A stretch of DNA of 64,000 nt from Bacteroidota bacterium (GCA_027593175.1 JAQCJI010000004.1:2175-66174); one strand, 5' to 3'. Shown: positions 9,978-22,796, counted from the stretch's first letter. Translations and numbers: made by a program. The notes: generated by a model not told the origin, from the sequence alone.

Positions 9978-12900
9978 ATGTCGTTTAGAAAAAATAAAAA
10001 GCTGAATAACGATTTCTCCCGAGTTACCATCAGTTTGGCTTCCCCAGAATCTATTCTGGATAGCTCAAATGGCGAGGTAACTCAGCCAGAGACCATCAAT
10101 TACAGAACATACAAGCCTGAAATGGGTGGCTTGTTCTGCGAACGTATCTTTGGTCCAGTAAAGGATTGGGAATGTCATTGCGGAAAATATAAGCGCATCC
10201 GATACAAAGGCATCATTTGTGATCGATGTGGAGTTGAAGTAACAGAGAAAAAAGTGCGTCGTGAGCGTATGGGCCATATTGAATTGGTGGTACCTGTTGC
10301 GCACATCTGGTACTTTAAGTCTTTACCCAACAAAATCGGTTACCTTCTTGGTTTGCCAACCAAGAAATTGGATCAGATCGTGTATTACGAGCGTTATGTA
10401 GTCGTACAGGCGGGTGTGAAGGCAGAAGAAGGGGTACAATACCTGGACTTCTTGACTGAAGACGAGTACTTGGACATCATGGATAAACTCCCGAAGGAAA
10501 ATCACCTTTTGGATGATATGGATCCCAATAAGTTCATCGCAAGAATGGGTGCTGAGGCACTTCATATGTTACTTGCACGCTTGGATCTAGATGATCTTTC
10601 CTACTCCCTTCGCCTCCAAGCAGCTACCGATACCTCTCAGCAGCGTAAAGCAGAAGCACTCAAGAGATTGAAGGTGGTGGAAGCTTTCCGTGATTCAAGA
10701 ACACGTATCGAAAATCGTCCCGAGTGGATGATCGTCCGTATGGTTCCTGTTATTCCACCGGAGTTGAGACCTTTGGTTCCTTTGGATGGAGGTCGTTTTG
10801 CTACTTCTGATCTGAATGACCTCTACCGAAGAGTGATCATTCGTAACAATCGTCTCAAGCGTTTGATAGATATCAAAGCACCTGAGGTGATTTTGAGAAA
10901 CGAGAAGCGAATGTTGCAGGAAGCTGTAGATTCCTTGTTCGATAACTCTAGAAAAGTAAATGCGGTAAGATCAGATGGTAACCGTGCCTTGAAGTCACTT
11001 TCAGACATGCTGAAAGGAAAGCAAGGTCGTTTCCGTCAAAACTTGCTTGGTAAGCGTGTGGATTACTCCGGTCGATCTGTGATCGTTGTAGGTCCTGAGT
11101 TGAAGCTTCACGAGTGTGGTCTTCCTAAAAATATGGCTGCAGAGCTTTTCAAACCATTTATCATCCGAAAACTGATTGAAAGGGGTATTGTAAAGACCGT
11201 AAAATCGGCCAAGAAAATAGTTGATCGTAAGGATCCTGTAGTTTGGGACATCTTGGAAAATGTATTGAAAGGACACCCAGTGCTCCTCAACCGTGCTCCA
11301 ACGCTTCACCGACTAGGTATCCAGGCCTTCCAGCCTAAATTGATCGAAGGAAAAGCAATTCAGTTGCACCCATTGGTGTGTACTGCATTCAACGCTGACT
11401 TTGACGGTGACCAGATGGCGGTACACGTGCCGCTTGGACATGAGGCGATCTTGGAAGCGTCAACCTTGATGCTTTCTGCACACAATATTTTGAACCCAGC
11501 CAATGGTGCGCCAATTACTGTGCCTTCTCAAGACATGGTTTTGGGACTGTACTATGTGACTAAAGGTAAAATGTCTATCCCTGAGGAAGTAATCCTTGGA
11601 CAAGGAATGACTTTCTACAGTCAAGAAGAAGTGATTATTGCACTGAACGAAGGACAGCTTTCCAAGCATGCCAATATCAAGTGTAAGGTAAAAGTACGCA
11701 CTGCAACGGGTGAGATTCAGGATCAAATTATCGAAACGGTTGCTGGTCGATTGATCTTCAATCAGTTTGTGCCTGAGGAAGTAGGGTATGTCAATGAGCT
11801 TTTGACTAAGAAGAAACTGCAGCAAATTATTGCTCAGGTAGTTAAGGTTTGTGGCATCGCTCGAACTGCACAGTTCTTGGATGATATCAAACATTTAGGT
11901 TTCCAGATGGCCTACCAAGGTGGACTTTCTATGGGATTAAATGATGTAATTATTCCGGACGAAAAAGTGCCGATGATTGCAAAGGCTAAGGAGGAAGTAG
12001 ACCAAGTATGGAATAACTACCTCATGGGTCTAATCACGGACAACGAACGATACAACCAAGTGATTGATATTTGGACTCGTACCAACTCGTATCTGACCAA
12101 CAATCTGATGAAGAAGATGGAGGAGGACAAACAAGGATTCAATGCCATCTACATGATGATGCACTCTGGAGCTCGAGGCTCTAGAGAACAAATCCGTCAG
12201 TTGGGAGGAATGAGAGGTTTGATGGCTAAGCCACAGAAAAACCTACAAGGGTCTGTCGGTGAAATTATCGAAAACCCAATTTTATCTAACTTCAAGGAAG
12301 GTCTTGACGTATTGGAATACTTCATTTCCACGCATGGTGCCCGTAAGGGTCTTGCCGATACTGCGTTGAAAACTGCGGATGCGGGGTATTTGACTCGACG
12401 TCTCGTGGATGTAGCACAAGATATGATCATCACCGAGGAAGATTGTGGTACTTTAAGAGGGCTGGTAGTAACGGCCTTGAAAGACAATGACGAGATCGTC
12501 GAACCACTTTCTGAGCGCATTTTGGGCCGAGTATCGGTACATGATGTATATGATTTGGTTACGGATGAATTAATCGTACCTGCTGGAGTAGAGATTTCTG
12601 ATGAAATCGCCAAGCGAGTAGATGAGTCTTCTATCGAAGAAGTTGAAATCAGATCCGTATTGACTTGCGAAACTCGCAGAGGAGTATGTGGTAAATGCTA
12701 TGGCAGAAACTTGGCTACCGGTAAAATGGTACAAGCAGGTGAAGCAGTAGGCGTAATTGCAGCACAATCCATCGGTGAACCAGGAACTCAGTTGACACTT
12801 CGAACATTCCACGTAGGTGGTACTGCTTCCAACTTGGCAGTTGATGCGAGCATCAATGCCAAATTTGATGGAGTGGTTGAATTCGAAGAGGAATTGAGGT

Positions 12901-14291
12901 ATTTGGAAACTACCGACAGGGAGGGACAATCCGTTACTATGGTAATGGGCCGCTCTGGCGAAATCAAAATTAATGAGGCCAAGTCAGGTAAGACACTCGT
13001 GTCTAACCACGTGCCTTATGGAGCGATTTTGAAGGTGAAAAATGGTCAGAAGATCACCAAAGGTGAGTCTCTATGTACTTGGGATCCTTACAATGCGGTC
13101 ATCCTCTCCGAGTTTGACGGTAAAGTAGAATTCGAAGCAGTGGTAGAAGGCATTACCTATAAAGAAGTAGCAGATGATCAGACTGGTTTCCGTGAAAAAG
13201 TAATCATTGAAACTAAAGATAGAGCGAAGAACCCTGCGATTATTGTGAATTACAAGGGTGACTCTAAGTCTTACAATATCCCTGTGGGCGCCCACTTAGC
13301 GGTAGAAGCAGGAGAAAAGGTGAAGTCGGGACAAATCTTGGTGAAGATTCCACGATCAGTAGGCAAAACCCGAGATATTACTGGGGGTCTACCACGAGTG
13401 ACGGAATTGTTCGAGGCTAGGAATCCATCGAATCCTGCTGTAGTGTCTGAGATTGATGGTGTAGTAACCTACGGTGGTGTGAAACGAGGTAATCGAGAGA
13501 TCATCATTGAATCCAAGGATGGAGTAATCAAGAAATACATGGTATCCTTGTCCAAGCATATCTTGGTACAGGAAAACGACTTCATCCGTGCGGGTGAGCC
13601 GCTTTCAGATGGAGCGATTACACCAAGCGATATTCTATCTATCAAAGGGCCAACTGCGGTACAGGAATATCTTGTTAACGAAATTCAGGAAGTATACCGA
13701 CTCCAGGGTGTAAAAATCAACGACAAGCACATCGAGGTGATTGTATCACAGATGATGCAGAAAGTTGAAATCCTGGATGCTGGAAATACCAATTTCTTGC
13801 AGGGACAGGTTGTCGGTAAGTGGGCATTCAGAGAGGAAAACGACAGCATTTTGGACAAGAAAATTGTATTGGTTGCTGGTGATTCCGCTACCCTAAAGCC
13901 AGGTATGATCATTTCTGCGCGAAGACTTCGTGACGAAAATTCAAGCTTGAAGCGTAAGGATCTTAAGTTGGTTCAAGTGATAGATGCTGAAACAGCGGTA
14001 TCTGCACCTACCCTACAAGGAATCACTGCTGCTTCCTTGGGTACAGAGAGCTTTATCTCTGCCGCTTCGTTCCAGGAAACAACCAAGGTACTTTCTGAAG
14101 CTGCCATCCGTGGCAAGCGTGATGAGTTATTGGGACTGAAGGAAAACGTAATCGTAGGCCATTTGATTCCTGCCGGTACCGGTCAGCGAAGCATCTTGGA
14201 AATGATCGTGGGATCCAAATCGGAATATGATACACTTTCGGAAAACATGGAAAAGAAGTCTGCAAAAGTAACTAGCGAGGCGATTCTTTAA
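9978..14291 (+). CDS. rpoC: RNA polymerase beta' subunit
   Basis: NADFDGD catalytic motif, Zn-finger CHCGKY...[18 protein letters not shown] 9978 (MSFRKNKKL) preferred over 9939. Confidence 0.99.
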   Translation: MSFRKNKKLNNDFSRVTISLASPESILDSSNGEVTQPETINYRTYKPEMGGLFCERIFGPVKDWECHCGKYKRIRYKGIICDRCGVEVTEKKVRRERMGHIELVVPVAHIWYFKSLPNKIGYLLGLPTKKLDQIVYYERYVVVQAGVKAEEGVQYLDFLTEDEYLDIMDKLPKENHLLDDMDPNKFIARMGAEALHMLLARLDLDDLSYSLRLQAATDTSQQRKAEALKRLKVVEAFRDSRTRIENRPEWMIVRMVPVIPPELRPLVPLDGGRFATSDLNDLYRRVIIRNNRLKRLIDIKAPEVILRNEKRMLQEAVDSLFDNSRKVNAVRSDGNRALKSLSDMLKGKQGRFRQNLLGKRVDYSGRSVIVVGPELKLHECGLPKNMAAELFKPFIIRKLIERGIVKTVKSAKKIVDRKDPVVWDILENVLKGHPVLLNRAPTLHRLGIQAFQPKLIEGKAIQLHPLVCTAFNADFDGDQMAVHVPLGHEAILEASTLMLSAHNILNPANGAPITVPSQDMVLGLYYVTKGKMSIPEEVILGQGMTFYSQEEVIIALNEGQLSKHANIKCKVKVRTATGEIQDQIIETVAGRLIFNQFVPEEVGYVNELLTKKKLQQIIAQVVKVCGIARTAQFLDDIKHLGFQMAYQGGLSMGLNDVIIPDEKVPMIAKAKEEVDQVWNNYLMGLITDNERYNQVIDIWTRTNSYLTNNLMKKMEEDKQGFNAIYMMMHSGARGSREQIRQLGGMRGLMAKPQKNLQGSVGEIIENPILSNFKEGLDVLEYFISTHGARKGLADTALKTADAGYLTRRLVDVAQDMIITEEDCGTLRGLVVTALKDNDEIVEPLSERILGRVSVHDVYDLVTDELIVPAGVEISDEIAKRVDESSIEEVEIRSVLTCETRRGVCGKCYGRNLATGKMVQAGEAVGVIAAQSIGEPGTQLTLRTFHVGGTASNLAVDASINAKFDGVVEFEEELRYLETTDREGQSVTMVMGRSGEIKINEAKSGKTLVSNHVPYGAILKVKNGQKITKGESLCTWDPYNAVILSEFDGKVEFEAVVEGITYKEVADDQTGFREKVIIETKDRAKNPAIIVNYKGDSKSYNIPVGAHLAVEAGEKVKSGQILVKIPRSVGKTRDITGGLPRVTELFEARNPSNPAVVSEIDGVVTYGGVKRGNREIIIESKDGVIKKYMVSLSKHILVQENDFIRAGEPLSDGAITPSDILSIKGPTAVQEYLVNEIQEVYRLQGVKINDKHIEVIVSQMMQKVEILDAGNTNFLQGQVVGKWAFREENDSILDKKIVLVAGDSATLKPGMIISARRLRDENSSLKRKDLKLVQVIDAETAVSAPTLQGITAASLGTESFISAASFQETTKVLSEAAIRGKRDELLGLKENVIVGHLIPAGTGQRSILEMIVGSKSEYDTLSENMEKKSAKVTSEAIL

Positions 14292-14310
14292 ATTATAGTA
14301 GTTATCCTTT

Positions 14311-14343
14311 AAAAGGCCTGTACTTATTTTACAGGCCTTTTTT
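14311..14343 (+). terminator. Intrinsic terminator after rpoC
   Basis: AAAAGGCCTGTA-cttattt-TACAGGCCTTTT plus T-run. Confidence 0.8.
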
Positions 14344-14356
14344 AATCTAAAAAATT

Positions 14357-14671
14357 ATGGAAGACAACCATTTACCTGATCAGCAAATTAATGTGGAACT
14401 CTCTGAGGAGATTGCAGAAGGGATTTACTCCAACTTGGCGATGATTGCGCATTCGAACTCGGAATTTGTCATCGATTTTATCCGATTAATGCCAGGGGTA
14501 CCCAAGGCAAAGGTTAAATCAAGAATTATTGTGACGCCTGATCATGCGAAGCGATTGCTGGCGGCATTGAAGGAAAATATTGAAAAATATGAGGCTGCAT
14601 TTGGAAAAATTAACCAAGGAGGTGGGGCTCCCAGCTTCCCGATTTCTTTCGGAACCCCTGGGGAAGCATAA
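14357..14671 (+). CDS. DUF3467-family protein
   Basis: EGIYSNLAMIAHSNSEFVIDF...SRIIVTPDHAKRL motif; usual position after rpoC in Bacteroidota. Confidence 0.85.
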   Translation: MEDNHLPDQQINVELSEEIAEGIYSNLAMIAHSNSEFVIDFIRLMPGVPKAKVKSRIIVTPDHAKRLLAALKENIEKYEAAFGKINQGGGAPSFPISFGTPGEA

Positions 14672-14691
14672 CGAAAATATAAGTACTTAAT

Positions 14692-14722
14692 TTTGTTACT
14701 ATTGTTACTTCTTGTACCTTTG
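14692..14722 (+). promoter_or_regulatory. Promoter of the str operon
   Basis: TTTG (14692-14695), 19-bp spacer, TACCTTTG (14715-14722). Confidence 0.7.
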
Positions 14723-14768
14723 CGTTCCAAAATAACAGTTTACAGACTATCTAAATTTTAATCAGTTA

Positions 14769-15176
14769 ATGCCTACTATTCAACAACTAGTAAGAAAAGG
14801 TAGAAATACACTGGAATTCAAATCAAAATCTCGGGCTTTGGATGCTTGTCCACAGCGTAGAGGGGTTTGTACTCGCGTGTACACTACGACGCCTAAGAAG
14901 CCAAACTCTGCGATGAGAAAGGTAGCAAGGGTACGATTGACTAATGGAAAAGAAGTGAATGCTTACATTCCAGGAGAGGGTCACAATTTGCAGGAGCACT
15001 CTATCGTGTTGATTAGAGGGGGTCGTGTAAAAGATCTTCCGGGTGTAAGGTATCACATCATCCGTGGCGCATTGGATACTGCTGGAGTAAAAGACCGTAA
15101 GCAAGGTCGCTCCAAGTACGGTGCGAAAAGACCTAAGGCCAGCAAGGGTGCTGCTGCGCCAGGCAAAAAGAATTAA
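14769..15176 (+). CDS. rpsL: 30S ribosomal protein S12
   Basis: [21 protein letters not shown]. Confidence 0.99.
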   Translation: MPTIQQLVRKGRNTLEFKSKSRALDACPQRRGVCTRVYTTTPKKPNSAMRKVARVRLTNGKEVNAYIPGEGHNLQEHSIVLIRGGRVKDLPGVRYHIIRGALDTAGVKDRKQGRSKYGAKRPKASKGAAAPGKKN

Positions 15177-15194
15177 TTAAGACCTTAAAAAGAA

Positions 15195-15662
15195 ATGAGA
15201 AAAGCGAAACCAAAGAAGAGATATATTCTTCCTGATCCAAAGTTCAATGATACTTTGGTAACCAAGTTTGTAAACTGTCTAATGTATGACGGGAAGAAGA
15301 GTATTGCTTACAACATTTTCTATGACGCAGTAGCCAAAGTAGAAAGCAAAGTAGGTGAGAATGGTCTTGAAGTTTGGAAAAAAGCGCTTAACAATATTGC
15401 TCCCACCGTCGAGGTGAAGAGTCGTAGAGTTGGTGGTGCTACGTTCCAGGTTCCTATGGAAGTCAGACCTGAAAGAAAAATGGCCCTTGGTATCAAGTGG
15501 ATGATTCTTTACTCAAGAAGAAGGGGAGAGAAGACCATGATGGACCGACTTGCCGGTGAGATCATTGCTGCAGTAAAAGGAGAAGGTGCTGCGGTAAAGA
15601 AAAAGGACGATACGCACAGAATGGCGGAGGCAAATAAGGCATTCTCCCACTTTAGATTTTAA
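15195..15662 (+). CDS. rpsG: 30S ribosomal protein S7
   Basis: [27 protein letters not shown]. Confidence 0.99.
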   Translation: MRKAKPKKRYILPDPKFNDTLVTKFVNCLMYDGKKSIAYNIFYDAVAKVESKVGENGLEVWKKALNNIAPTVEVKSRRVGGATFQVPMEVRPERKMALGIKWMILYSRRRGEKTMMDRLAGEIIAAVKGEGAAVKKKDDTHRMAEANKAFSHFRF

Positions 15663-15668
15663 CCTAAA

Positions 15669-17789
15669 ATGGCAAGAGATTTAAAATTTACCAGGAATAT
15701 TGGTATTGCGGCGCATATTGACGCGGGCAAGACAACCACCACGGAGCGTATTCTTTACTATTCTGGGAAGTCTTACAAGATCGGGGAGGTGCACGAAGGT
15801 GCAGCTACTATGGACTGGATGGCTCAGGAACAGGAGAGAGGGATTACGATTACCTCTGCGGCGACCACCGTATTCTGGGATTATAGAAGTAACCAATACC
15901 AAATTAATATCATCGATACTCCAGGACACGTGGACTTCACGGTAGAAGTAAACCGTTCCTTGAGAGTTTTAGATGGGCTTGTTTTCCTTTTCTCTGCGGT
16001 AGACGGGGTTGAGCCTCAGTCTGAGACCAACTGGAGACTGGCAGACAACTACAAAGTCGCTCGAATTGGTTTTGTCAACAAGATGGACCGTGCAGGCGCA
16101 GATTTCTTGATGGTCTGTAAGCAAGTAAAAGAAATGCTTGGCTCTATTGCCGTTCCTTTGCAACTTCCAATTGGTGCCGAAGATAAGTTTACGGGAGTAG
16201 TTGACTTGATCAACAACCGTGCGATTATTTGGAATGAGGATGATTTGGGCATGACGTTCAAAGAAGTACCGATTCCTGAGGACATGAAGGAAGAGGTAGC
16301 AGAATACAGAGAGCACTTGCTCGAAGCTGTTGCTGATTACGACGAATCCTTGATGGAGAAGTTTTTTGAAGATCCTAATTCCATTACGGAAACGGAGATC
16401 TTGGAAGCATTGCGTGCAGCTACCATTGACATGAAAATTGTTCCAATGGTCTGTGGTTCTTCTTTCAAAAATAAAGGGGTACAAACCATGCTAGATCTAG
16501 TGATGGAATTGTTGCCTTCACCGCTTGACAAAGAGGCTATTGTGGCCACCGACTTGGATGATGAGGATAAAGAAGTAGCTATTTCCCCTGTGGAGTCAGA
16601 GCCATTCACTGGCTTGGCATTTAAAATTGCTACGGATCCTTTCGTAGGCCGTTTGTGCTTTGTAAGAGCATACTCAGGCGTATTGGAATCCGGATCTTAT
16701 GTATTTAATAGCCGTTCAGGCAATAAGGAGCGTATATCCCGTGTGTTCCAGATGCACGCCAACAAGCAAAACCAAATTGAACGATTGGTCGCAGGTGATA
16801 TTGGAGCAATAGTAGGATTTAAAGATATCAAAACGGGCGATACTCTTTGCGACGAAAAGCGAAAGGTAGTATTGGAATCCATGGTGTTCCCTGAGCCAGT
16901 AATTGGCTATGCGATCGAGCCTAAGACTCAGGCGGATGTGGATAAGCTAGGAATGGCAATTGCTAAACTAGTAGAAGAAGATCCTACCCTTCAGGTAAAC
17001 ACAGATCACGAAACTGGTCAGACTATCCTTCGCGGTATGGGTGAACTTCACCTTGAAATCATCATTGATCGAATGAAAAGAGAATTCAAGGTAGAAATCA
17101 ACCAAGGTGCTCCTCAGGTGGCTTACAAAGAGGCGTTGTTTGCTTCTGTTGAACACAAAGAAGTCTACAAGAAGCAGACCGGTGGTAAGGGTAAATTTGC
17201 AGACATTGTATTTGAATTAGGGCCTAAGGATCAAGATCCAGAGACTAAGGAAATCAAAGCAGGTTTAGACTTTGTCAATGGCATCGTGGGTGGTGTAATT
17301 CCAAAGGAATTCATTCAGCCGGTTCAAAAAGGTTTCCAGGAGGCCATGAAAAATGGACCTTTGGCAGGTTATCCTATTGAATCTATGAAAGTTCGCTTGT
17401 TCCACGGTTCCTACCACGATGTCGATTCAGATGCCCTTTCTTTTGAATTAGCGGCTAGAATTGGTTTCAAAGAAGCAGCGAAAAAGTGTAAGCCTCAGTT
17501 GCTAGAACCAATCATGTCGGTAGATGTAATTACTCCTGACGAATATACTGGACCGATCACGGGTGACTTGAATAGAAGAAGAGGAATGATGAAAGGGATG
17601 GATACCAAGTCCAACTCTACGGTAGTTAAGGCCAACGTTCCTTTGTCCGAGTTGTTTGGTTACGTGACTGATTTGAGAACGATTACTTCAGGTAGAGCGA
17701 CGGCCTCATTGACCTTCTCTCACTACGAGCCTGTTCCAAACAACATTGCTGAAACGGTAATTGCTAAAGTAAAGGGTGAAAAATCCTAA
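15669..17789 (+). CDS. fusA: Elongation factor G
   Basis: [29 protein letters not shown]. Confidence 0.99.
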   Translation: MARDLKFTRNIGIAAHIDAGKTTTTERILYYSGKSYKIGEVHEGAATMDWMAQEQERGITITSAATTVFWDYRSNQYQINIIDTPGHVDFTVEVNRSLRVLDGLVFLFSAVDGVEPQSETNWRLADNYKVARIGFVNKMDRAGADFLMVCKQVKEMLGSIAVPLQLPIGAEDKFTGVVDLINNRAIIWNEDDLGMTFKEVPIPEDMKEEVAEYREHLLEAVADYDESLMEKFFEDPNSITETEILEALRAATIDMKIVPMVCGSSFKNKGVQTMLDLVMELLPSPLDKEAIVATDLDDEDKEVAISPVESEPFTGLAFKIATDPFVGRLCFVRAYSGVLESGSYVFNSRSGNKERISRVFQMHANKQNQIERLVAGDIGAIVGFKDIKTGDTLCDEKRKVVLESMVFPEPVIGYAIEPKTQADVDKLGMAIAKLVEEDPTLQVNTDHETGQTILRGMGELHLEIIIDRMKREFKVEINQGAPQVAYKEALFASVEHKEVYKKQTGGKGKFADIVFELGPKDQDPETKEIKAGLDFVNGIVGGVIPKEFIQPVQKGFQEAMKNGPLAGYPIESMKVRLFHGSYHDVDSDALSFELAARIGFKEAAKKCKPQLLEPIMSVDVITPDEYTGPITGDLNRRRGMMKGMDTKSNSTVVKANVPLSELFGYVTDLRTITSGRATASLTFSHYEPVPNNIAETVIAKVKGEKS

Positions 17790-17800
17790 TCGATAAGAAA

Positions 17801-18106
17801 ATGAATCAGAAAATCAGAATAAAATTGAAATCATACGATCACAGCTTGGTGGATAAGTCATCAGAGAAGATCGTGAAGGCGGTTAAAGCGACAGGTGCTG
17901 TAGTAGTAGGTCCTATTCCCTTGCCAACCAAAAAAGAAAAGTTTACCGTGTTGAAATCTCCACACGTTAATAAGAAAGCGAGAGATCAGTACCAGCTTTG
18001 CACGTACAAGCGCTTGGTAGACATCTACTCCAGCTCCTCTAAAACTGTGGATGCGTTGATGAAAATCGAGCTTCCAAGTGGTGTGGATGTAGAGATTAAA
18101 GTCTGA
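17801..18106 (+). CDS. rpsJ: 30S ribosomal protein S10
   Basis: [23 protein letters not shown]. Confidence 0.99.
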   Translation: MNQKIRIKLKSYDHSLVDKSSEKIVKAVKATGAVVVGPIPLPTKKEKFTVLKSPHVNKKARDQYQLCTYKRLVDIYSSSSKTVDALMKIELPSGVDVEIKV

Positions 18107-18118
18107 AAATCTTTGTTG

Positions 18119-18159
18119 AAAAAAGAAAGGCCTGTAGAGATACAGGCCTTTCTTTTTTT
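18119..18159 (+). terminator. Intrinsic terminator between rpsJ and rplC
   Basis: AAAAAAGAAAGGCCTGTA-GAGA-TACAGGCCTTTCTTTTTTT. Confidence 0.85.
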
Positions 18160-18241
18160 GTTGAACAGGAGAGGTTGCTTCCAGACGGTCGAGTGTGGAG
18201 GTATTTTTTTTTGTAATTAATTGAAAATAGTGCAGTTGGGA

Positions 18242-18272
18242 TTTGCTGCCAAATATAATTTCAGTAACTTTG
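18242..18272 (+). promoter_or_regulatory. Promoter upstream of rplC
   Basis: TTTG (18242-18245), 19-bp spacer, TAACTTTG (18265-18272). Confidence 0.7.
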
Positions 18273-18334
18273 CAGTCCTTAAAAAGGGCCCAAGTTTACA
18301 TATCTTGGGGGGTTATCAAAATATCTTAGTAAAG

Positions 18335-18955
18335 ATGTCTGGTATTATAGGTAAAAAAGTAGGTATGACTAGCATCTTCAGTGCCGATGGACGTAATGTC
18401 GCATGCACGCTAATAGAAGCTGGTCCTTGCGTAGTGACGCAAGTAAAAAACGTTGAAACAGACGGGTACGACGCAGTGCAGTTGGGATTCGGTGAGCGCA
18501 AGGAGAAGAATACTCCTAAGCCACTAATCGGCCATTTCAAAAAGGCTGGTACGACCCCAAAGCAGAAGGTTGTTGAGTTCAGAGACTTTGATGGTCAGAT
18601 TGAACTCGGAAAGACAGTAAGTGCAGGAGATTTATTCGTTGAAGGAGACTTCGTCGATGCCATTGGTACTTCAAAAGGTAAAGGATTCCAAGGTGTAGTA
18701 AAGCGTCACGGTTTTGCTGGTGTGGGTGGACAAACTCACGGTCAGCACAACAGACTGCGTCACCCAGGTTCAATTGGCGCTTGTTCTTGGCCTTCACGTG
18801 TCTTTAAAGGCATGCGTATGGCAGGCAGAATGGGGGGTGACCGTGTTATGGTATCCAACCTACGTGTGTTGAAAGTGTATGCAGAGCAAAACCTGATTTT
18901 GGTTTCAGGCTCGGTACCTGGTCCAAAAAATTCATTCGTTATTCTGGAGAAGTAA
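18335..18955 (+). CDS. rplC: 50S ribosomal protein L3
   Basis: [12 protein letters not shown] start at ATG 18335; [15 protein letters not shown]. Confidence 0.98.
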   Translation: MSGIIGKKVGMTSIFSADGRNVACTLIEAGPCVVTQVKNVETDGYDAVQLGFGERKEKNTPKPLIGHFKKAGTTPKQKVVEFRDFDGQIELGKTVSAGDLFVEGDFVDAIGTSKGKGFQGVVKRHGFAGVGGQTHGQHNRLRHPGSIGACSWPSRVFKGMRMAGRMGGDRVMVSNLRVLKVYAEQNLILVSGSVPGPKNSFVILEK

Positions 18956-18958
18956 GCC

Positions 18959-19588
18959 ATGGAATTAGCAGTAATTAATCATAAAGGACAAGATACAGGT
19001 AGAAAGGTGAGCCTTTCTGACGAAATCTTTGGCATTGAGCCCAACGATAATGCCATTTACCTGGATGTGAAGCAATACCTGGCTAACCAGAGACAGGGAA
19101 CCCACAAATCAAAAGAAAGAAACGAAGTAGCGGGATCTACTAGAAAGATCAAGAAGCAAAAAGGCACCGGTGGTGCTCGTGCAGGATCTTTGAAGGCTCC
19201 TCACTTTCGTGGTGGAGGTAGAGTATTTGGTCCAAGACCAAGAGACTATTCCTTCAAGTTAAATAAGAAAGTGAAGCAATTGGCGCGTAAGTCAGCGCTA
19301 GCCTATAAGGTAAAGGAAAATAGCTTGATGGTCTTGGAAGATGTTTCTTTCGATGCACCAAAAACTAAAAACTACCTCGCCTTTTTGAGCGGTCTTTCCT
19401 TGTCTGACAAGAAGACCTTATTGGTACTTGCCGAAGACAATAAGAACGTGTTTTTGTCCAGCAGAAATCTTCCAAAGGCAAAAGTTGTGTCCGTTCATGA
19501 TTTAAATACTTACCAACTCTTGCATGCTGACCAATTGGTGCTTTGCGAAGGATCTGTAAGTAAGTTAGAAACCATTTTAGCGAAATAA
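18959..19588 (+). CDS. rplD: 50S ribosomal protein L4
   Basis: [27 protein letters not shown]. Confidence 0.98.
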   Translation: MELAVINHKGQDTGRKVSLSDEIFGIEPNDNAIYLDVKQYLANQRQGTHKSKERNEVAGSTRKIKKQKGTGGARAGSLKAPHFRGGGRVFGPRPRDYSFKLNKKVKQLARKSALAYKVKENSLMVLEDVSFDAPKTKNYLAFLSGLSLSDKKTLLVLAEDNKNVFLSSRNLPKAKVVSVHDLNTYQLLHADQLVLCEGSVSKLETILAK

Positions 19589-19592
19589 GACA

Positions 19593-19880
19593 ATGGAAAT
19601 TCTGAAAGAGCCTTTGATTACAGAGAAAGTATCTGCAGGCAACGAAAAAGGAGTTTACGGCTTTATCGTCGAGAGGACTGCTGACAAGCTTCAGATCAAG
19701 TCTTCTGTGGAGAAAAAGTATGGTGTACATGTGGTATCAATACGAACCATGAGATATGCTGCGAAGCATAAGACTAGATATACTAATAATAAAGTAGTGT
19801 CAGGCTTCACCAATGCGTTTAAGAAAGCAATTGTGCAAGTAGCCGATGGTGAAGTAATTGATTTTTACGGAGAACTTTAA
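19593..19880 (+). CDS. rplW: 50S ribosomal protein L23
   Basis: PLITEK, KKAIVQV; position in operon. Confidence 0.96.
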   Translation: MEILKEPLITEKVSAGNEKGVYGFIVERTADKLQIKSSVEKKYGVHVVSIRTMRYAAKHKTRYTNNKVVSGFTNAFKKAIVQVADGEVIDFYGEL

Positions 19881-19893
19881 TTGAATCAATATC

Positions 19894-20718
19894 ATGGCAG
19901 TTAAAAAATTAAAGCCTGTAACTCCAGGAACCCGATTTAGAGTAGCTCCTGCATTTGACGAGATTACTGCGTCGAAGCCTGAGAAGTCTCTACTCGCTCC
20001 TATAAAGAAATCAGGTGGTAGAAATAATGAAGGCAAAATGACCGCTCGCTATATTGGTGGTGGTCACAAGCGAAGACTACGTATCGTAGACTTCAAGCGA
20101 ACTAAGTTTGGTGTACCTGCTACTGTAAAGAGCATTGAGTACGATCCAAACCGTACAGCCCGTATTGCCCTACTGTATTATGCAGACGGTGCTAAGACCT
20201 ACATTATCGCTCCGGAAGGTTTGCAAGTGGGACAAATAGTTATTTCCGGTGAGAAAGTTGCACCAGAAGTGGGTAACGCCATGCACATGATTAACATCCC
20301 GATGGGTACAATTGTACACAATGTGGAGTTGAAGCCTGGTAAAGGTGGTGCATTGGCAAGAAGTGCTGGAGGGTATGCCCAAATCGTAGCTAGAGATGCT
20401 AGATACGTGACAGTTAAATTACCTTCTGGAGAAATGAGATTAATCCTTGGTGTGTGTATGGCTACAGTAGGAACTGTTGGCAATTCAGATCACATGAACG
20501 TTGTGTTGGGTAAAGCTGGGCGTAAGCGTTGGCTTGGAGTAAGGCCCCGTACAAGAGGTGTTGCGATGAATCCAGTAGATCACCCTATGGGTGGTGGTGA
20601 AGGACGTTCTTCTGGTGGTCACCCTAGATCCCGAAAAGGGCTTCTTTCCAAAGGTAAGAAAACCAGATCTCCCAAGAAGTATTCAAACAAGTTCATCATC
20701 AGCAAAAGATCTAAGTAA
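19894..20718 (+). CDS. rplB: 50S ribosomal protein L2
   Basis: [29 protein letters not shown]. Confidence 0.99.
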   Translation: MAVKKLKPVTPGTRFRVAPAFDEITASKPEKSLLAPIKKSGGRNNEGKMTARYIGGGHKRRLRIVDFKRTKFGVPATVKSIEYDPNRTARIALLYYADGAKTYIIAPEGLQVGQIVISGEKVAPEVGNAMHMINIPMGTIVHNVELKPGKGGALARSAGGYAQIVARDARYVTVKLPSGEMRLILGVCMATVGTVGNSDHMNVVLGKAGRKRWLGVRPRTRGVAMNPVDHPMGGGEGRSSGGHPRSRKGLLSKGKKTRSPKKYSNKFIISKRSK

Positions 20719-20720
20719 AT

Positions 20721-20999
20721 ATGGCACGTTCATTAAAAAAAGGTCCTTATATCGAACACCATTTGGTGAAGAAAGTAGATGTTATGAACGAGTCTGGCAA
20801 GAAATCTGTCATCAAGACTTGGTCAAGAAGATCTATGATTTCCCCAGATTTCGTGGGACATACCTTCGCTGTGCATAATGGGAATAAGTTTATCCCTGTT
20901 TTTGTAACCGATAACATGGTAGGTCATAAATTGGGCGAATTTGCACCCACTCGTAATTTCCGTGGCCACATTGCTAAAAAAGATAAAGGAAAGAGATAA
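20721..20999 (+). CDS. rpsS: 30S ribosomal protein S19
   Basis: [20 protein letters not shown]. Confidence 0.99.
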   Translation: MARSLKKGPYIEHHLVKKVDVMNESGKKSVIKTWSRRSMISPDFVGHTFAVHNGNKFIPVFVTDNMVGHKLGEFAPTRNFRGHIAKKDKGKR

Positions 21000-21001
21000 T
21001 C

Positions 21002-21394
21002 ATGGAAGCACTAGCAAGATTGAAAAATGTTCCTACCTCCCCTCGCAAGATGCGTTTAGTTGCAGACTTGGTGAGAGGTAAGCGCGTAGGTGTGGCACTT
21101 AGTATTTTGAAATTCACGCCCAACCATGCAGCAATCCGTTTGGAAAAATTAGTTCTTTCCGCGGTAGCCAACTGGCAAGCAAAGAATCCAGAAGTGAAGC
21201 TTGAAGAGGCTGATCTTTTCGTAAAGACCATCATGGTAGACGAAGGACGTTCTCTTAAGAGACTTAGAACTGCTCCTCAGGGACGTGGACACAGAATCCG
21301 CAAAAGATCCAATCATGTAACCCTCGTTATTGATTCATTCAATACGGAGGAAGTTACCGCTGATGTTATAGTAAATAACGAAAAGGCAAATTAA
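21002..21394 (+). CDS. rplV: 50S ribosomal protein L22
   Basis: [27 protein letters not shown]. Confidence 0.98.
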   Translation: MEALARLKNVPTSPRKMRLVADLVRGKRVGVALSILKFTPNHAAIRLEKLVLSAVANWQAKNPEVKLEEADLFVKTIMVDEGRSLKRLRTAPQGRGHRIRKRSNHVTLVIDSFNTEEVTADVIVNNEKAN

Positions 21395-21403
21395 GAAAAG
21401 ACG

Positions 21404-22141
21404 ATGGGACAAAAAACTAACCCAATAGGATTTAGACTTGGTGTAATTAAAGGCTGGGATTCCAACTGGTATGGTGGGAAGGACTTTGCTGAGAAATTGC
21501 ATGAAGATCAACAAATCCGTAAGTACGTTCTTGCCAGAATACCTAAAGGCGGTATTTCCAAAGTAATTATTGAGCGTACGCTCAAAAGAATCACTTTGAC
21601 TATCTATACTGCTAGACCAGGTGTTGTCATTGGTAAAGGTGGTGCCGAAGTAGATAAGCTTAAGGAGGAATTAAAGAAGATCACCAATAAGGATATTCAG
21701 ATTAATATCTTTGAAATTAAGCGACCTGAAATGGATGCCAAGTTGGTTGGAGAGTCTATCGCGCAACAACTTCAGGCTAGAATATCTTTCCGCCGTGCAA
21801 TGAAGCAAGCTATAGCAGCCACCATGAGAGTGGGTGCTGAAGGAATTAAAGTTAAGCTTTCTGGGCGATTGGGCGGAGCCGAAATGGCACGTTCTGAAAT
21901 GTACAAAGAGGGAAGAATTCCTCTTCACACGCTCAGAGCAGACATCGACTATGCACTTTCTGAAGCACTTACTGTGTACGGAATTATAGGTATAAAGGTG
22001 TGGATCTTTAAGGGTGAGGTGTATGGAAAGAGAGATCTTTCTCCAAACCAAGGTGCTAGCAACGAGCCGAAAGGGCAGCGTGGTCCAGCATCAAAGGGAC
22101 GTGATAACGACGGTCCAAAACGCAGAAAAAGAACTAACTAA
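21404..22141 (+). CDS. rpsC: 30S ribosomal protein S3
   Basis: [38 protein letters not shown]. Confidence 0.99.
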   Translation: MGQKTNPIGFRLGVIKGWDSNWYGGKDFAEKLHEDQQIRKYVLARIPKGGISKVIIERTLKRITLTIYTARPGVVIGKGGAEVDKLKEELKKITNKDIQINIFEIKRPEMDAKLVGESIAQQLQARISFRRAMKQAIAATMRVGAEGIKVKLSGRLGGAEMARSEMYKEGRIPLHTLRADIDYALSEALTVYGIIGIKVWIFKGEVYGKRDLSPNQGASNEPKGQRGPASKGRDNDGPKRRKRTN

Positions 22142-22165
22142 TTTTCCCTTTCCAAGCGAGATATC

Positions 22166-22585
22166 ATGCTACAGCCGAAAAGAACTAAATATAGGAAAAT
22201 GCACAAGGGCCGTGTCAAAGGCATTGCGCAAAGAGGGCACGAGCTTTCTTTTGGCAACTTTGGCATTAAATCCCTTGAACCAGGATGGATTACTTCTCGC
22301 CAGATCGAGGCAGCGCGTATTGCCATGACAAGAGCTATGAAGAGAGAAGGTCAGGTTTGGATCAGAATTTTCCCTGATAAGCCGATCACTAAAAAGCCCG
22401 CAGAGGTACGTATGGGTAAGGGTAAGGGTGCTCCAGAATATTGGGTGGCCGTTATCAAGCCAGGTACGATCCTTTTCGAAGCTACAGGCGTGAGCCTGGA
22501 AATTGCTCAAGAGGCATTAAGACTTGCGCAGCAGAAGCTGCCCGTAAGTACAAGGTTTGTTGTAAGAAGAGACTTCGTTGAATAA
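22166..22585 (+). CDS. rplP: 50S ribosomal protein L16
   Basis: [18 protein letters not shown]. Confidence 0.99.
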   Translation: MLQPKRTKYRKMHKGRVKGIAQRGHELSFGNFGIKSLEPGWITSRQIEAARIAMTRAMKREGQVWIRIFPDKPITKKPAEVRMGKGKGAPEYWVAVIKPGTILFEATGVSLEIAQEALRLAQQKLPVSTRFVVRRDFVE

Positions 22586-22594
22586 TCAGGAATT

Positions 22595-22777
22595 ATGAAA
22601 AACACTGAAATCAAATCACTTGCAGCAAGTGAAATCGCAGAACGAATTGTCGTCGAGCAGGAGAATCTGAGCAAATTGAAGTTTGCTCATGCGATATCTC
22701 CGATAGAGAACCCTAATAGAATCAGAGAGTCCAAGCGCTTCATCGCAAGATTGAAAACCGCATTGGTATCCAAATAA
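22595..22777 (+). CDS. rpmC: 50S ribosomal protein L29
   Basis: LKFAHAISPIENP..IARLKT; position. Confidence 0.95.
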   Translation: MKNTEIKSLAASEIAERIVVEQENLSKLKFAHAISPIENPNRIRESKRFIARLKTALVSK

Positions 22778-22796
22778 CTAGCTAACAGAAAAGAAA

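Noticed and set aside
18221-18334. 38-aa N-terminal extension of L3
   Set aside because: It overlaps the predicted promoter; the true start is ATG 18335 (MSGIIGKK).
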